NCBI GenBank assembly: GCA_951406725.2
Contig: OX597818.1
Coordinates: 8,308,001 to 8,372,000, forward strand
DNA from: Octopus vulgaris
Lineage: Eukaryota
Reading direction: 5' to 3'
DNA length: 64,000 nucleotides
Positions 23,948 to 37,900 of this stretch are shown here, in pieces (positions within the stretch are counted from its first letter, which is position 1; each line of letters opens with the position of its first letter). The translations under genes were made by a program, and so were the position numbers. The notes under the pieces were generated by a model, which ran no database searches, was not told the origin of the DNA, and saw nothing but the letters and a program-made list of their open reading frames with translations.

Positions 23948-25651
23948 ATTGTTTACTGATAATAGCACAAGTCTGCATTTTTAAATGTCATAAATGATGA
24001 TTGGCTACTTATAGCTGATTCTGAACCATTTTATAATATTGATTTCGAATATGTTTTTAGTTTTCGCCTATCGCGTACAGATTTTGCACAAATGGGTGCC
24101 TAAGATATGATCACTTTTCTTGTCATTCATTCTCTTTTGTGACAGATTTTTAGATAAAAAAAAGTCTGATGATTTAAGAACAAATGGCTAGAACAACAAT
24201 ACAAAAAATATGAATAATATAGGTAGGCCTACATATTAACTAAATATATATTTTTAATGCACTTACCATGGCTTTAAAGTAATTTTACTCTGTTTCAGGT
24301 CTCCCTTTCTTTGATTTCCTTCCAGTTTTTGGTAGATGCTTACAGTCTCTCTTTAGGGCTCAGCAATAATCCACCAACATGTTTACATTCCACCTATTCT
24401 GGTACCTTTGCTCCATTTCTTTAACGTCCTGGTGAAATCTCTCACCGTGCTCTTCGCTTAGATTGCCAAGGAACTCCGGGAAATAGTCGAGTTGTGAGTA
24501 AAGGAAGTGCATTTTAACACACATGATGCATCCAAGCCCTTTGAAGTTTTGGAACATGCTATTAACTATGACTTAGTAATTTGAACACTTATTCTTTCCC
24601 AAAAAGTTCTCGACAACACACTTGAAGCACAACTCGACTATTTCCCGGAGTTCCTTGGCAATCTAAGCGAAGAGCACGGTGAGAGATTTCACCAGGACGT
24701 TAAAGAAATGGAGCAAAGGTACTAGAGAATAGGTGGAATGTAAACATTGTGGTGGATTATTGCTGAGCCCTAAAGAGAGACTGTAAGCATCTACCAAAAA
24801 CTGGAAGGAAATCAAAGAATAGGAGACCTGAAACAGAGTAAAATTACTTTAAAGCCATTAAAAATGTATATTTAGTTAATATGTAGGCCTACTCTTTTAC
24901 TCTTTTACTCTTTTACTTGTTTCAGTCATTTGACTGCGGCCATGCTGGATCACCGCCTTTAATCGAGCAACTCGACCCCAGGACTTATTCTTTTTGTAAG
25001 CCCAGTACTTATTCCGAACCGCTAAGTAACGGGGACATAAACACACCAGCATCGGTTATCAAGCAATGCTAGGAGACAAACACAGACACACAAACGTATA
25101 CACACACATTCATATATACATATATACGACAGGCTTCTTTCAGTTTCCGTCTACCAAAGCCAATCACAAGGCATTGGTCGGCCCGAGGCTAGAGCAGAAG
25201 ACACTTGCCCAAGATGCCACGCAGTGGGACTGAACCCTGAACCATGTGGTTGGTTAGCAAGCTACTTACCACACAGCCACTCCTGCGCCTATATTATTCA
25301 TATTTTTTGTATTATTGTTCTAGCCATTTGTTCTTAAATTCATCAGACTTTTTTTTTTATCTAAAAATCTGTCACAAAAGAGAATGAATGACAAGAAAAG
25401 TGATGGCAGTCGCAAACCTATGCCTGTTTTGCGACTCATTCTTGAATTTCTCATACACTGGAAAACAAATATTCCAGCTTTGATTTTCTCACTGGCTATA
25501 GCTAGGAATATTTTTGAGAGATACTGCAAATATGTCTTACAGACAAAGATGATAGCAGTAATTTAGTAGGTTCAAAACACAGGTCTGTGCAAAATGTTTT
25601 TCTATCCAAGAAAGAAACGTTTCCTGTGTGACCAGATTTTAATCACCCAGT
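23948..25651 (-). mobile_element. DNA transposon remnant, probably Chapaev3 (CMC), rearranged by an internal inverted duplication
   Basis: Transposase pieces SEKIKAGIFV, FKCVVENFLG, KMHFLYSQLDYFPEFLGNLSEEHGERFHQDVKEMEQRYQNRWNVNMLVDYC. Family assignment is from recall of the HSHLDFFP..SDEHGERFHQ motif. Ends approximate. Confidence 0.7.
24891..25290 (-). mobile_element. Full-length tRNA-derived SINE with (AAAGAGTA)n-like tail
   Basis: Head AGGCGCAGGAGTGGCTGTGTGGTAAG...GGTTCAGTCCCACTGCG, central CTTGGGCAAGTGTCTT. Present in only one arm of the inverted duplication. Confidence 0.92.
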
Positions 25652-26462
25652 GCTTTTTATTAGCTCTTCTGTCCCATTCACATAAGAAAAGCCAAATTTT
25701 TGTGAAGCCTGCTTGTTGGCCTGAAAGTATGCGCACAATTTTGCAATCTCCACACACACGCCAGTGATATTCTGCATAATTTATATTTAATTTTGTTTTT
25801 ACATTGTAATACGTCTACTTAAAAAAAAAAATTATAATACGTCTACTTAAGTTGTACGGAATGTACTATTGGAATGGACGAATACTTATTTCCATTACAT
25901 CCTTCAAACTCATTCTCAGCAAAAAATGGTAACAACTCGTGTTCTCTGTAACAATACCAAGAGAAGACGGTTCCCGGTAACAAAAAAGGTTTTCATTTTC
26001 AGCCTAGAGCCAAGAGGTTCCGCTGCATCTTTTGGTAGGTTAAGCTTTCTCTCGAAATATTGTGTAAATAACTGTGGACATTAGATTTTGACAGTAGTGT
26101 AGTCGTCGTCTCTTCTTCACATTTTCTTCTTCTTCACTATCTGACGTAAAATTCTTCAAACCAAATGATGGGGATGATAATGACTAGAATGTGTAATAGA
26201 CCGTATAACCGAGGAAATACTATAATATTCTATCTTATGTTTATTTACTGCACTGTAGCCACCGACTTTAGTGATGCAGAAATAACAATCGTCACCGTAG
26301 TTACTCGGTTCTCGCCACACCATTGGTATTTTTTACTGGCTTGCCAGAGTTTCTACTCCTCCACGAAAGTGCGACATGCTTTGTGTGGAGTCCAAGTTTT
26401 GTCTTAATCACTGAATTTAACATCAAGTTAAGCGAAGTATATATTTTTTACAAGATCAGTTA

Positions 26463-27256
26463 TACACAGAAACCGCAAAAGAAACATGTGTTTTCAAACG
26501 TCACTCTTATATGGTAAATTCAGAAATTTTAATTTGGAGATGCAAGTGTAATTATTCTAACATATGCTGGTTCATGTCGGAGACATAATTTGCAGGTAAC
26601 CTTTCAACTTTCCCTGAAAAGTGATACTAAAACGCAGCTGCACTGAATGCCGTGGTTTGCAGTCGCAAACAATTGTCATGAAAACCGAAATGCACGTGAA
26701 TCTGATGGAGGTTATGGATATAAAAATCAACTGCAACTGCTTTCCTGGAATTCCTAATTTGGACGTATCGAATATGGCCCGATTGTCAGCAGCGAGGAGA
26801 GAACAAATTGTCGGCCGATTTCTTGCAGGGCAGCGTGCCCGGAATGTTGCGAAAGATTACAATGTCCATGTAAGCACCATCTATCATCAGCAACAACGAT
26901 GCCTTGCACCAACAGCACTGCAGACCGTCCCGTGATCGCTCCAGACGGGCCAGCGCGACAGCTCATGAAACCTTTGTCATTGGACAGCCGCCCATCAGCG
27001 AGGACAGTGTGAAATGAAGGATACACTTCTACTTTACGTCGTCCGAGGATATTTTCTTGAGACAGTACAACAAAAATATAAACGCAATTGATTCGAATAT
27101 CATCAAATCCCCAATGATCATCAAATCCCCAATGTGCTCACTCTAGTTTTATCAGTGTGTGAAAATATAGCATTTTCAATTTTTATGGAGCCAACAGTGA
27201 ATGCTACTCAAAACAACTCAGTAACAAACATTTTGCGCGTCCTGTTCATCGCGTGT
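26463..27256 (+). mobile_element. Internally deleted Tc1-like transposon
   Basis: MARLSAARREQIVGRFLAGQRARNVAKDYNVHVSTIY..DRP resembles a Tc1 paired-like HTH. Degenerate TA|CAC..GTG termini. Confidence 0.65.
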
Positions 27257-28030
27257 GTCCTCCAACGAAAGACCTTAGAAGTAACGGTAACTGAAATTCG
27301 GAAACATTGGTCTAATAATACTTTGTTAGTGTTTTATTTCTTTTACTTTGTTCTTCTGAGCAAGGAATTCACTATTTGATATAGATATTGCAGTAATTTT
27401 GCAATATAAATGGTTAAGTCTCACCAGATTCGAAGAATACTACTCTTGCTATAAATAGATTTCAAAACTATTTCTCCTACCGTCAGCTAATGGAATGTAT
27501 TATTGAATTGAAGTTTGGTTTAAATTAATTAACATTTTTTACTATTTAGACTGCAATAATGAAAATAATTCTTCAGCTTTGGATAAGCACGAAAGGGTGT
27601 ACAATGTAATAGCAAGAATATTTGAAGTAATATTCAAAGTTGCAACGTCATACACATGCACACATTAGCTGGTACATAAGTACACATATATGCATATAAA
27701 ATAAAAAGAAATGCGTAAAAATACAGTGTGATTAGATTCAGAATCTTGTAGGAGATTTATATTTTAAACCAACAAACTTTGAACCGCGTGATCGCACTAA
27801 ATTGGCAAATAAATAGAATGCAAATACATGTACACTCATGTGTCTACGTGTATAAACGTGTATCTATCAATATACATGTATAAATACATTATACATATAA
27901 TTATATGTATGTATGAGCCTATTGATCATCTATCTATTCAACTTTCTTTTTGCCATGCAAGCACAAGCATTAATATAGCGATGCTCACTCAGGGACCAAC
28001 ATATATGTGTATACTCACACACAAATATAG

Positions 28031-28088
<58 letters not shown>

Positions 28089-30599
28089 CACTGGCATATA
28101 TAACTACATATATATGCCTATATTTAAGAATGTGTGTACATATTTATATGCCGGCACAAAGACTAACTCATTCAGGTACCATTACGCATGCATATAAAAA
28201 TAGTAGTCATAAAATAGCATAAGAAAATATTTATACATAAACACTGACATAAATTTGGATGAAGGCTCACAATTATCTATATGCGGCTGTCTCCCAAGCA
28301 GGCTTATCTTGAAAATTGTGATTTATATAGGATATAAAACACTGAAGCATGCTGGGACATACGAACATAAAATTATTTATCAATAATGCATACCTTCACA
28401 TAACCAATCTTCCATTAGATGTGAAAGTACGCTTATATGGAAATACATATGCGTCTATAGATGTGAATGTCCAAGTGTGTGTGAGTCTATATTTATAGCT
28501 AATGATGAGTGTATACTATATATTTGTGGCAATGGAATATATATTGTCTTTGTAATAATATAAAAAAATAACATATCTTTGAGGAAAATTTTTGTGAACT
28601 TGTATGTAAACTCTCATAGAAATATATTTTATGTACAAGCACTTTCAAGTACACACCTATATACTCAACCATTCTTGCAAACACACAAATAACACAAAGA
28701 CACACAGTCACTCGAATCACACACACACTCGAAAGCACACATGCGCACACACACATACACACTCGCGCGCACGCACATACATATGACTACCACACTCTTA
28801 AACACGCAACTATATGCTCCAAATAATATACACATATACATACAGACAAATAAGAAAGCTAAAATTTAGAAACAAGATATACTTCTGTTTTAAAAATGGA
28901 AAATGATATAGAAAATCTTTTTCTTCATTAAATTCGATAATTCTCTCTTGCTCAATTTCCTGGTTTCATACTTCTCGGAAAAAACATCTCTTATTTCTTG
29001 GAAAATGGCATCTAGCAAATTTGTCATGTTTATATTTTTATTACATGTTTTACAGCGCAGGGGAAATGTGTTGAGTATGATATTTGCAGAGCCTCACATT
29101 TCTGGACAAGAAAGCATATTGATGCAGGATCTTGTTTGATATTGTTGCAACATGATAAACACGAATAAATTTATCAATATCCAAATAGTATTGATAAATA
29201 AAGCAGAATTTAAAGTGACGACCCATAGTTAATATAAAGCTATTCAGATTAGAGTTTTATAGAATTTTTCTATTAATTCTTTGGGTATAGGAGCAGAGCA
29301 CTCGTGTATCTATTGTTTGGAGCAATAGTGCTTCAAATATTGAAAAAGTAGCTCCTGGTGTATGTAATGATACATCCCAGTAGAACATAAGCAAATCTAT
29401 ACCTATGGATTTATGCGCAGCCTCCAGACACTGTAATACATATAGAATATGTAATAGCAAACTTTATTTACAATATGTCATTTTTATGTCTACGTGAACA
29501 AACTAACCACAAAAGTAACTTCGTAAAAACGCTTTTAATGCATTTTTAAAAGTTAGCCATAGCATCAGTAGTTATCACACTGCCGCATCATCATTTAGAT
29601 TTTCTTCTGCTCTGTTCCATTTTAGTTCAATCACAATTGTATGTTTCCACATTTTAACGTTTATGTTTTTATCACTATGTTCTCTGATGACTCACAATGT
29701 GTGAATATGATAGGGTCTATTGATTTCATATAATTCCAGTTATTGTCCTCCTTATATAAAATAAATGCACCTAGCAATACTCTCACGAAAACCAATCTAA
29801 TCTATTTCCCCTGTTCTAGCTATTATCTATTAGGCGTTAATTATGACTAGCTCAAATACTAATAAGCCAAATGAGTAATATTTAAATAACATAGCATAAC
29901 TATATATTCTATATTTACTATTAATATAGGCTGAAGAAGAAAAACTACAGTATGGCAAACAGTAACGACAGAATTATATTAAGATTAATTTTGAAGATTG
30001 TTATACCTTATAAGTAAGGAAAAATGCTCATCTGCGAATAAAGGACATCATATGTGAGCATCAACGAGTTCCCTGCGAGGAAAAATTAAATATGAGATCA
30101 TAGCCAAATAGTATTTGAAAAACCGCAAAAGAAATGAAATAAAAGTGTAATTCATTTAATGAACTCATTTCAAGTCGAAACATTTCTCTTGTATGAAGCG
30201 TTGTTACAGCCAGAAACCGTATCACAGGAAAACATGTTCTCTCAAAGAGTTAACACTAAGCATACAGATCCATCTCCTACAATAACTGCCCAAACGAAAA
30301 ACAAAACTAAAGGATAACGATCGGCAGATGAAGACTACATTTGAGCTTTACATACATTCTACTTTGCGACACTGTACCAGGACATCCATAGAAATGAGAA
30401 AAGAAACATTTGAGATTTTGAAAGGAAAATGATACAGATATAACGAAAACATTATGCAAAATATATTTTCAATCTTTCGACGAGAAGAGAAAGTTCCCGA
30501 AACTGAAATAGACAAACTCATACACAAAACATTCTGAATGTAAACCGAAACCCCTAACAACTCAAAAGAATGGACTACAACCAAAGAAAAGAAGCACCT

Positions 30600-31860
30600 A
30601 AAACAGTCATAGTAGATGTGTGCGGAATTTTAGCGGCAATGTACTGAACTGTACGGAGAGCGCAGTGGGGCGGAGCTCAATTTGAACTCCACAACCTACC
30701 TGGTAGCATGCAGCATCTTTTGGACAGGGATGCGTGGTTCTTCAAAATGCCTATAATAGCTAAAGATATACGGGTCGCGATGACTAGTTGCGCAACTGAG
30801 GAGTCTAAGGAGCTGGATGGTCTGACCTTCGAGTTTTATCGTAATACCCCAAAGTTTTCAGTAATCTCTTCGCGGATGTGTAAGACTGATGGCTACAAAA
30901 CGGGAGAATTCCCAGTGCTGTGATCCGCGGTGTAGGGGGTCATGCTAAGAAAACACTCGAACAATAGGGACCAAATAGATACTTTTTAGGCACGTAACTC
31001 CGTTAAATTCGGATTACAGGATTATATCCTAGACATTTGTCAAGAAGCTGATGCTTGTCATCAATTAACTTGTTGGTGACGCGCAGACACGTGCTGTATC
31101 ATATATATCTATCCCCGGCAACCTCCAACTCACGTCTTCAGTCTTAGAGTGTTTCCGTAAGAAATCGTACATGGGCGGGACCATGATCAATTTGGTTCAA
31201 TCAAAAACGTTTGATAGGGCAGATCACCAATGCTTGGAGGCTGTCCTCGCATCGGCTGGTTTCAGTCCCGTTTCCAGAGGCTGGATCACTGTGTTTGCTG
31301 TCCATCTGCTGTCACCAGCTGTTGAAGGTGTTCATGCAGTGGTTAATGATGTGAAGACATGTACAGACACTTCCATATCTCCAGCGTTTCCTTAACAGTG
31401 AGCAAGTGTTGTCATCGTTTGCCAGGCAGGATTTTCTGGAGCTGTTTTCATTGCCAGAGACAATATATACAGTGGATCAAGTATAGATCGAAAAGTGGAG
31501 CTTGGCACTTGGAGTGTTACAAGCCCTCACAGGCCTCACAGCTCACAGCCAGTTGGAAATACAAACGGTGAAAGTACCACATTGGAGTTTTTTAGGGGAT
31601 TGGTGGCGAGCAAGAGCGATGACTTCATCGGGGAGCTACAGACGTCGGGAGAGATCGAGTGGCTGGTCTTTTCCGGTGGACTTGTAGGCAGGAGCCGATG
31701 GATAATTTCTAGAAATCTCTGGCCTGGCAGTGCTACCGGTCCGAGAAAGGTATACAGGAACGGAAGTGCTGTCAGACAGACTTCTCCGAGATGTGCGTAG
31801 AGTTATGAAATAGCTCTGAATGCTTTCATCCAGTGTCCAGCCATTGCTGACTTTTGGAGT
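30600..31860 (+). mobile_element. Tx1/L1-clade LINE ORF2 remnant (RT + C-terminal zinc finger)
   Basis: LDGLTFEFY, RHVTPLNSDYRI, INLVQSKTFDRADHQCLEAVL (LDQ.KAFDRVDH), LPVR..VYRNGS...PRC. Internally deleted. Confidence 0.85.
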
Positions 31861-32439
31861 TTTGTACAACTTAACAAATTTGTCCTCGAGGAAGCAATGA
31901 AGAAAAGGCAGCAAACAAGATGATCTAATATTCTGCTTTCTTCTAAATACACTTATGCATCTTCTAAGCAATATAATGAGACAACAGCATTAGTTTGCAA
32001 TTATAAATAACCTGCAAAAGAAGAGTTTACTATTAAAATTGAAATGAATTAATTCTAGCGAATCATTAGAATACACTGAAGATGTCAGTGCGTAATGAAC
32101 ATGAAAGGGTTGAAACAATTGTTAATGTTGCGTTCCTTTGCACTGGAATAATTTTTTTTATTATTTTACGTGAAGGTCTAAGGATATGTAACTCATTGTA
32201 GCCCGACGATTTTTCATCTTATATTTGTTTTAATAGTACATGTTGGTTTAGTATTTGTTTGCTTTTTTGTACTATTCTATTATTACCGTGGTAACACGCG
32301 TGTATGTGCATGTGGGTGCATGTGTGTTAATATATTTGTGCATATGTGTATATGTATATATTTACATTTGTGTATATGTAAATATATGTGTGTATGTGTA
32401 GGTGCGTTTAATTTTTTTAATTTTAAAAGTGGAGTGTAC

Positions 32440-32590
32440 TTTACGTTGTGAGTTCAATTCCCACCAAGGACGGACTTACGTTCCATTCTTTCGGGGTTGA
32501 TGAAATAAAATACCAGCATAGACTGGAGTAGATGTAATCCACTTGACCCTGTGTTAAAAGTGATTGGCAATTTGACAAAATGTGAAAGTA
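32440..32590 (+). mobile_element. SINE fragment (family of 44945-45151)
   Basis: TTTACGTTGTGAGTTCAATTCC...CTTTCGGGGTTGATGAAATAA similarity. Confidence 0.7.
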
Positions 32591-33244
32591 ACAACTCTTC
32601 CTTCAAAATTTGTAGACATCTTTTGTCATATGCAACGATTTATGTTCTCAGTTTGTAACATCTACGCAATCTTCTGCATTTTGTAAGATTCCCTTCCTTT
32701 GTTTCTTAAATGCTTTTAGATTTGCACGGTTATAAAATCATTTGATTACAAAGGTAGTTGTTTTGTATATACGTAAGGTTAAACATAAAACAAATAAAAA
32801 ACAATATTTTTCAATAAAGACATTTTTTGATCATATAAATAGTGAAATAACTGAAAAAATGTGTCTGGAATAAATGTTTTGAATAGTTTTTAAACAAAAA
32901 TTGAAATAAATTACTGATATACCGAAATATTTATTGACATGTATGTGAATGTAAAGGTTACTGGAGAGCAAAGGAAATTATTCCATCCTGACAATCATCT
33001 AAAACTTATAATGGTATTTTTTTCTTAATATCAATATGTTTGTCTCTATATACTTAATTCACAACAATATTTTCTAAAGTTCATTTGATGGCATTTTTTA
33101 CTGTCTTTGAAGGACACACATTAAAGATTCTTCTCCATCAACCCCAAATAAAAGTTAGTTTTTACTTTTCTTGACATTTAAGTAATGTTTGCGTATACTC
33201 CTATATATTTAAGTATGTGTATATAAGCATGTACACACACAAAT

Positions 33245-33288
<44 letters not shown>

Positions 33289-34404
33289 AACATATATATA
33301 TATTTACGTATGTATATATATATATACTTCTATGTGTAACTTTATGTATATAATATACATATGTATATGCATACATATATACATTCATACATACATTCCA
33401 CTCTCAGGAAGATATTCAGACATTTTGACTGAAAGACGGAAACGAAAAGGGACTTCAACCATAATGCATCATGACTAAATGCAATAAGGAGAGACTACTG
33501 TACCAAAAACCTCGCTAGAAATGACGCGGAAATTTTCACTGTAGCTGTTGGCAAACTGCATAATGGAAAACACTGGGATAGGACCTTATATTTAGATACT
33601 GCTATAAGAGGCTTACATCTTTTAAGAAGTCACTGATATGTATATTCAAAAGCATTTGGGAATGCCAGGTTGACACATCAAATTGGATTGCCTTATCAGA
33701 AACGAATCTTGTAGTTGATAATGAAATCACCGAGTTAGCAGAAAATTGTAGACCCAATGATTGCCTCAACATTACGTACAGATTTAGACAACCTGCGTCT
33801 CCAAGAAGGGTGTGCGGGTATATGACGATGAACAAAGCTCTACTATTCGAAGTAAAAAGTATAGCTAGATTATAGGAGGGCATTTGATTCTATTTCCCAC
33901 AGAAGCCTGCTGAAGTGTCTCACATGGTAAATGTGACTGCTAGCTTAATGGATAGCATTGAGAAGATCGCAGACACCTGGCAACAATCCTTGCACTCAGA
34001 CCTGAGAGCAAAACTATCGTCTCTTATGTTATAAATATTCTATTTACTTTGATATTAATTCATTATCACTCCTGCTACAAATATGAAATGGCTACAGTCT
34101 GTGTTCTGAAATCGTTATAGATATTAATGTAGTCCATAATTTCATTGTGACTGTCCAAAAACTTTGTGCTAAAGATTTTGAAAATGACAAAAATTATCAG
34201 AAATTAATACCAACGCGTGTCTTCTGAGACAGGAAACGTATTTGGCCATAAGAAACGTTCATATTTGATGGCTGAATGCGGAGTCCCCCAACACAAACCT
34301 GTGTATCGATGGTCTTACTAACTCTCCTGTTGTACACCCATAATTTTACAAGTACCTACGCCTTGATAAAAACATATCACACCAATAATTTTTAGAATCC
34401 TAGT

Positions 34405-34690
34405 TTATTACACAATTACCTCTCTTGCCAAGCCGCTATGCTACGAGGAAGTAAACACACCAACAGTGACTGTGAAGCGGTGATAGAGAACAAACACAGA
34501 CACAAAGTCACACAGAGATATATAAATATACATATATACGACGGGCTTCTTTCAGTTTCTGTCCGGCAAATCCACAAGGCTTTTGAGCGTCCCGAGGCTA
34601 TAGTAGAAGTTACTCACAGAAGGTGTCACTCAGTGGAATAAAACAGCAACTATGTTGTTAAGAAGCAAACTTCTTACAACACATCCACCC
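34405..34690 (-). mobile_element. Degenerate SINE (family of 24891-25290)
   Basis: ATATACGACGGGCTTCTTTCAGTTTC...CCCGAGGCTATAGTAGAAG matches 25120-25200. Confidence 0.8.
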
Positions 34691-34927
34691 TACTACTAAA
34701 TAGAACGCATATGAAATATACTTTCGATACAAATAGATTATAATCCTGACGTATTCCGAACACTCAGCCGTTTGATCTGGTGTGGGACGTGCTTGATACA
34801 TCCCCAGATTTTAGTTCCAGAATAAGTCGAAGTTAAATAATTTGAAATACCTTGTAAATGATAATCTGAATGTAGTTTGTTTCTGTTCGTTGTGTAAATT
34901 TGTAGTAGATTTAAGATTACTGATATA

Positions 34928-36058
34928 TCGGGTCATTCATTCTTAATGACCTAACAATTTTTGCTTTATAAAATTGAAGAGGTACATCGCCACTTTTCGA
35001 AATGTAATTCATGGTGTCTGATTGTATTGTGTGTTTTCTCTTGTAAATCATTTTGGTGAACCGATGGATAGATAAAAAATATGCATTGTTTATGAGTATG
35101 AGTTCCGTCCGGGAAACAATGCAGTCCAGACAGCTCTCAAAATATCGATGAGGGGTTTCGTGAATATGTGGCATATGCGCTGTGCATGGATGGTTGAGAA
35201 GTTACGGTTTGGTGACTTTACTCTTGAAAGTCAGCCCTGTAGGAGACTTGAGATCAAGGTGAATAATGGTAAACTGGAAAATGTGGTAGAAGCGGATTCC
35301 TCTCAAACTACGCGTGTGTTAGCAGCAAGGTTTGATGTTTACATTCCAACTGTATTGGTCCATCTGAAACAAATCGGCAAGGTAAAGAAGCTGGATAAGT
35401 GGGTAACACATGAACTGAAAAAACCTCAAATGCTGTTCTTTGTGCCACGATATAAACGCGAACCATTTTTGCATCGCAATTGTACGTGTAATGACAAATG
35501 GATTCTTTTCAAAAATAGCAATCGTTTTGCATGCTGTGTGAATAGAGACGAAGTGCTAATGGTATCTGTTTGATGTTCCAGCGCTGGTGTTATCCACTAC
35601 AGCTTCATGGGATTTGGTAAATCAATTAAATGTATATATGAACCAATTGTATGAAATAATGAGTGAATTTACAATTAAACAACCGAGATTGGTGAATAGA
35701 TAATGCTCGACAATATGTTGCACAAAGAACGCTACTCGAATTACAGGAACTGAGCTTCGAAGTCATATGTTATCCTCCATATTCACTAGACCTTGCACCA
35801 ACTGACTATCACGTCTTCCAGGTATTAGACAACATTTTGCTAGGAAAAACTTCAAATCTGAAGAAGATACAAAAAACAGCCTCTCGTGAGTTTTTCACCT
35901 ATTGCTCTCCAGAATCCTTCGCTACCGGCATAAATAAGCTACAGATAAAATGGCAAATTTGTGTTAATAATTTTGGGGCATAGTTTGATTACCCGCATTG
36001 AGAAAGAGTTAAATAAGCTTTAAGTTCACAATCGGATAGTTAATTCTTAATGTCCTGA
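34928..36058 (+). mobile_element. mariner (DD34D) transposon, decayed
   Basis: YEFRPGNNA, LKQIGKVKKLDKWVTHEL, FLHR..TCNDKWI, PPYSLDLAPTDYH. TA-flanked termini TCGGGTCATT/AATGTCCTGA. Confidence 0.9.
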
Positions 36059-36959
36059 TATAATTAGTTGTATAATATTTCAAATAAGCAAAGGGTTTTA
36101 CAGCCGTTAGACTAATGTAATCAATGAAGAAATATTTTTGTTTCATGTATGCTCGTGAAGGATGGAAATTGTTAAGGAAATATTTATTGTTGCCAAATGA
36201 CTGTTTTGGAATCAAAGCAATGTTTCATTGTCGGTAAATGTAGCTCAACGTATTCAGTAGAGTAATTCGTAAACGAAATGATATTGACTGGATTAAAAAT
36301 GGCATATTCACACAGGAAATATATCCTTTGAGTTATCTGCAAGAATGATATGTGATTTCCTAAATAATCTATAATATGAGTATGATCCAAATGTATATTT
36401 TGATATGAAGCAATGTAGTTATTGCAATAAATTGTATACCAAATGTTAAGACGTTAGTGCTTGTTTTATGAGGGTAAGTTGAAAATTATTCAACGTATCT
36501 AGTTTTGTCATTCAGTACCTTTCAAATCTTTCGAAATTTTCGTATAAGTCGTGAAAAAGGTGATTACTAATAACTGTTTTCACAGATTACTAAGATTTAT
36601 TAATCCGAAGCAAAATGTTCAGAATCTTGTATTTTATTTACAATGCTCACATGTGCATGCATTATTTTATTCATTTATTTATTCATTGTTGCTATTTTCA
36701 TTAGCATCTCCCTTCGATTCTGTTTCTATTTCTTGCCGAGTGTAATCCTGACACCTTCAGCAGAGAAGGGTACTGTGTATATTGGCAGGTCATTAAAATA
36801 AACACACCATATTGTTCATTTACAAAGTCATGTTAACATGTTAGAGAGAAAAAAGAAAAAATACAAAATAAGAAAGTAAACAAATAAAATGAGGAGTGGA
36901 GGAAAAAATTCACAGCGACAGTGCTTTTCTCAATACATGTGAGGTACCAGTTAAGACAA

Positions 36960-37900
36960 TCTGTTGCATTTCCTACATGGCTGCTAAACCGGAGATCATT
37001 CTTAAATAAATTTTAGTTCATTTTTGGATCGTTCGAAGTGCTCCTACAATCACTGGTATTGTAACCGTTTTGAGATGCCGCATATTTTCGATTTCGATTA
37101 TCAAATTCTTTTGCAAAGATATTATGGTTACAGTGTATGCTCATGTTAATCAAAAAACAAACCTTATTGTTGTGGTCTTTCACAACAATATCTTTTTTTT
37201 TTGCATTAATGACCCGGTCTGTACATAATGGGAAGTCCCAAAGAATAGTTACATTTTCTCCCTTGGTTACGGCCTAAGAGTGGTGCTTTTACCATTTGTC
37301 AGCAGCTTTCATTTTATAATGCCGACATAGTATCCAATGTAGATACTGGTGAGCTCTGCCATGTCTCGATTTGTACTCTATAGGTGCTAAAAGCTTAAAA
37401 CCATAGATTAGATAATCCAGTGTTTCTATCCCATCGTTGCACTATCGGCAGTTTGGGTCTACTCCATTTTTCATGACATTGGTTTGATAGTTCCGGAACA
37501 ATAAGCCAAGATAAAACCTTTACTCTCTGCCTTTATCCCTGAGCTCCGTAGCCACCAATGGGTGTGCTTCTATTCTACATCCGCTTGTTTGCCACTGTCC
37601 ACATATTTGCTACGCAGAGGTTTTTGTTCCCACCTATCAGCCAATTGTGCAAACGCATTTTGCTTTGCTGCTGATATAACCTTCTTTACAACAACAGTTA
37701 CTGTAGTTCCATCACGTTCTTCAACCTGGGTATTATGCATAAACTCACCTGCTCTCCTTCATAACAGAGTGAAGCTTTTTAAGTCCTGCATGGTTTTCAA
37801 CGAGTTTTAGCATCCAATTGTTTGTTGCTTCAAGATATTTTGCCAAAGTTCATCTGTCTTTATGTTCTGATTATCTCGCTGACTTCGACTTGTGTTTTAT
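36960..37900 (-). mobile_element. Dong/R4-type (RLE) LINE, C-terminal remnant
   Basis: WLRSSGIKAESKGFI, CR*C..IET (CCHC), RH..HQYLHWILC, WDFPLCTDRVI..DIVV, IEIENMRHLKTVTIPVIVGAL. Confidence 0.85.

Noticed and set aside
27099-27134. 18-bp tandem duplication ATCATCAAATCCCCAATG; similar short tandem copies near 1972-2027 and 56209-56281
   Set aside because: Two-copy slippage duplications with no spacer structure; not CRISPR-like.
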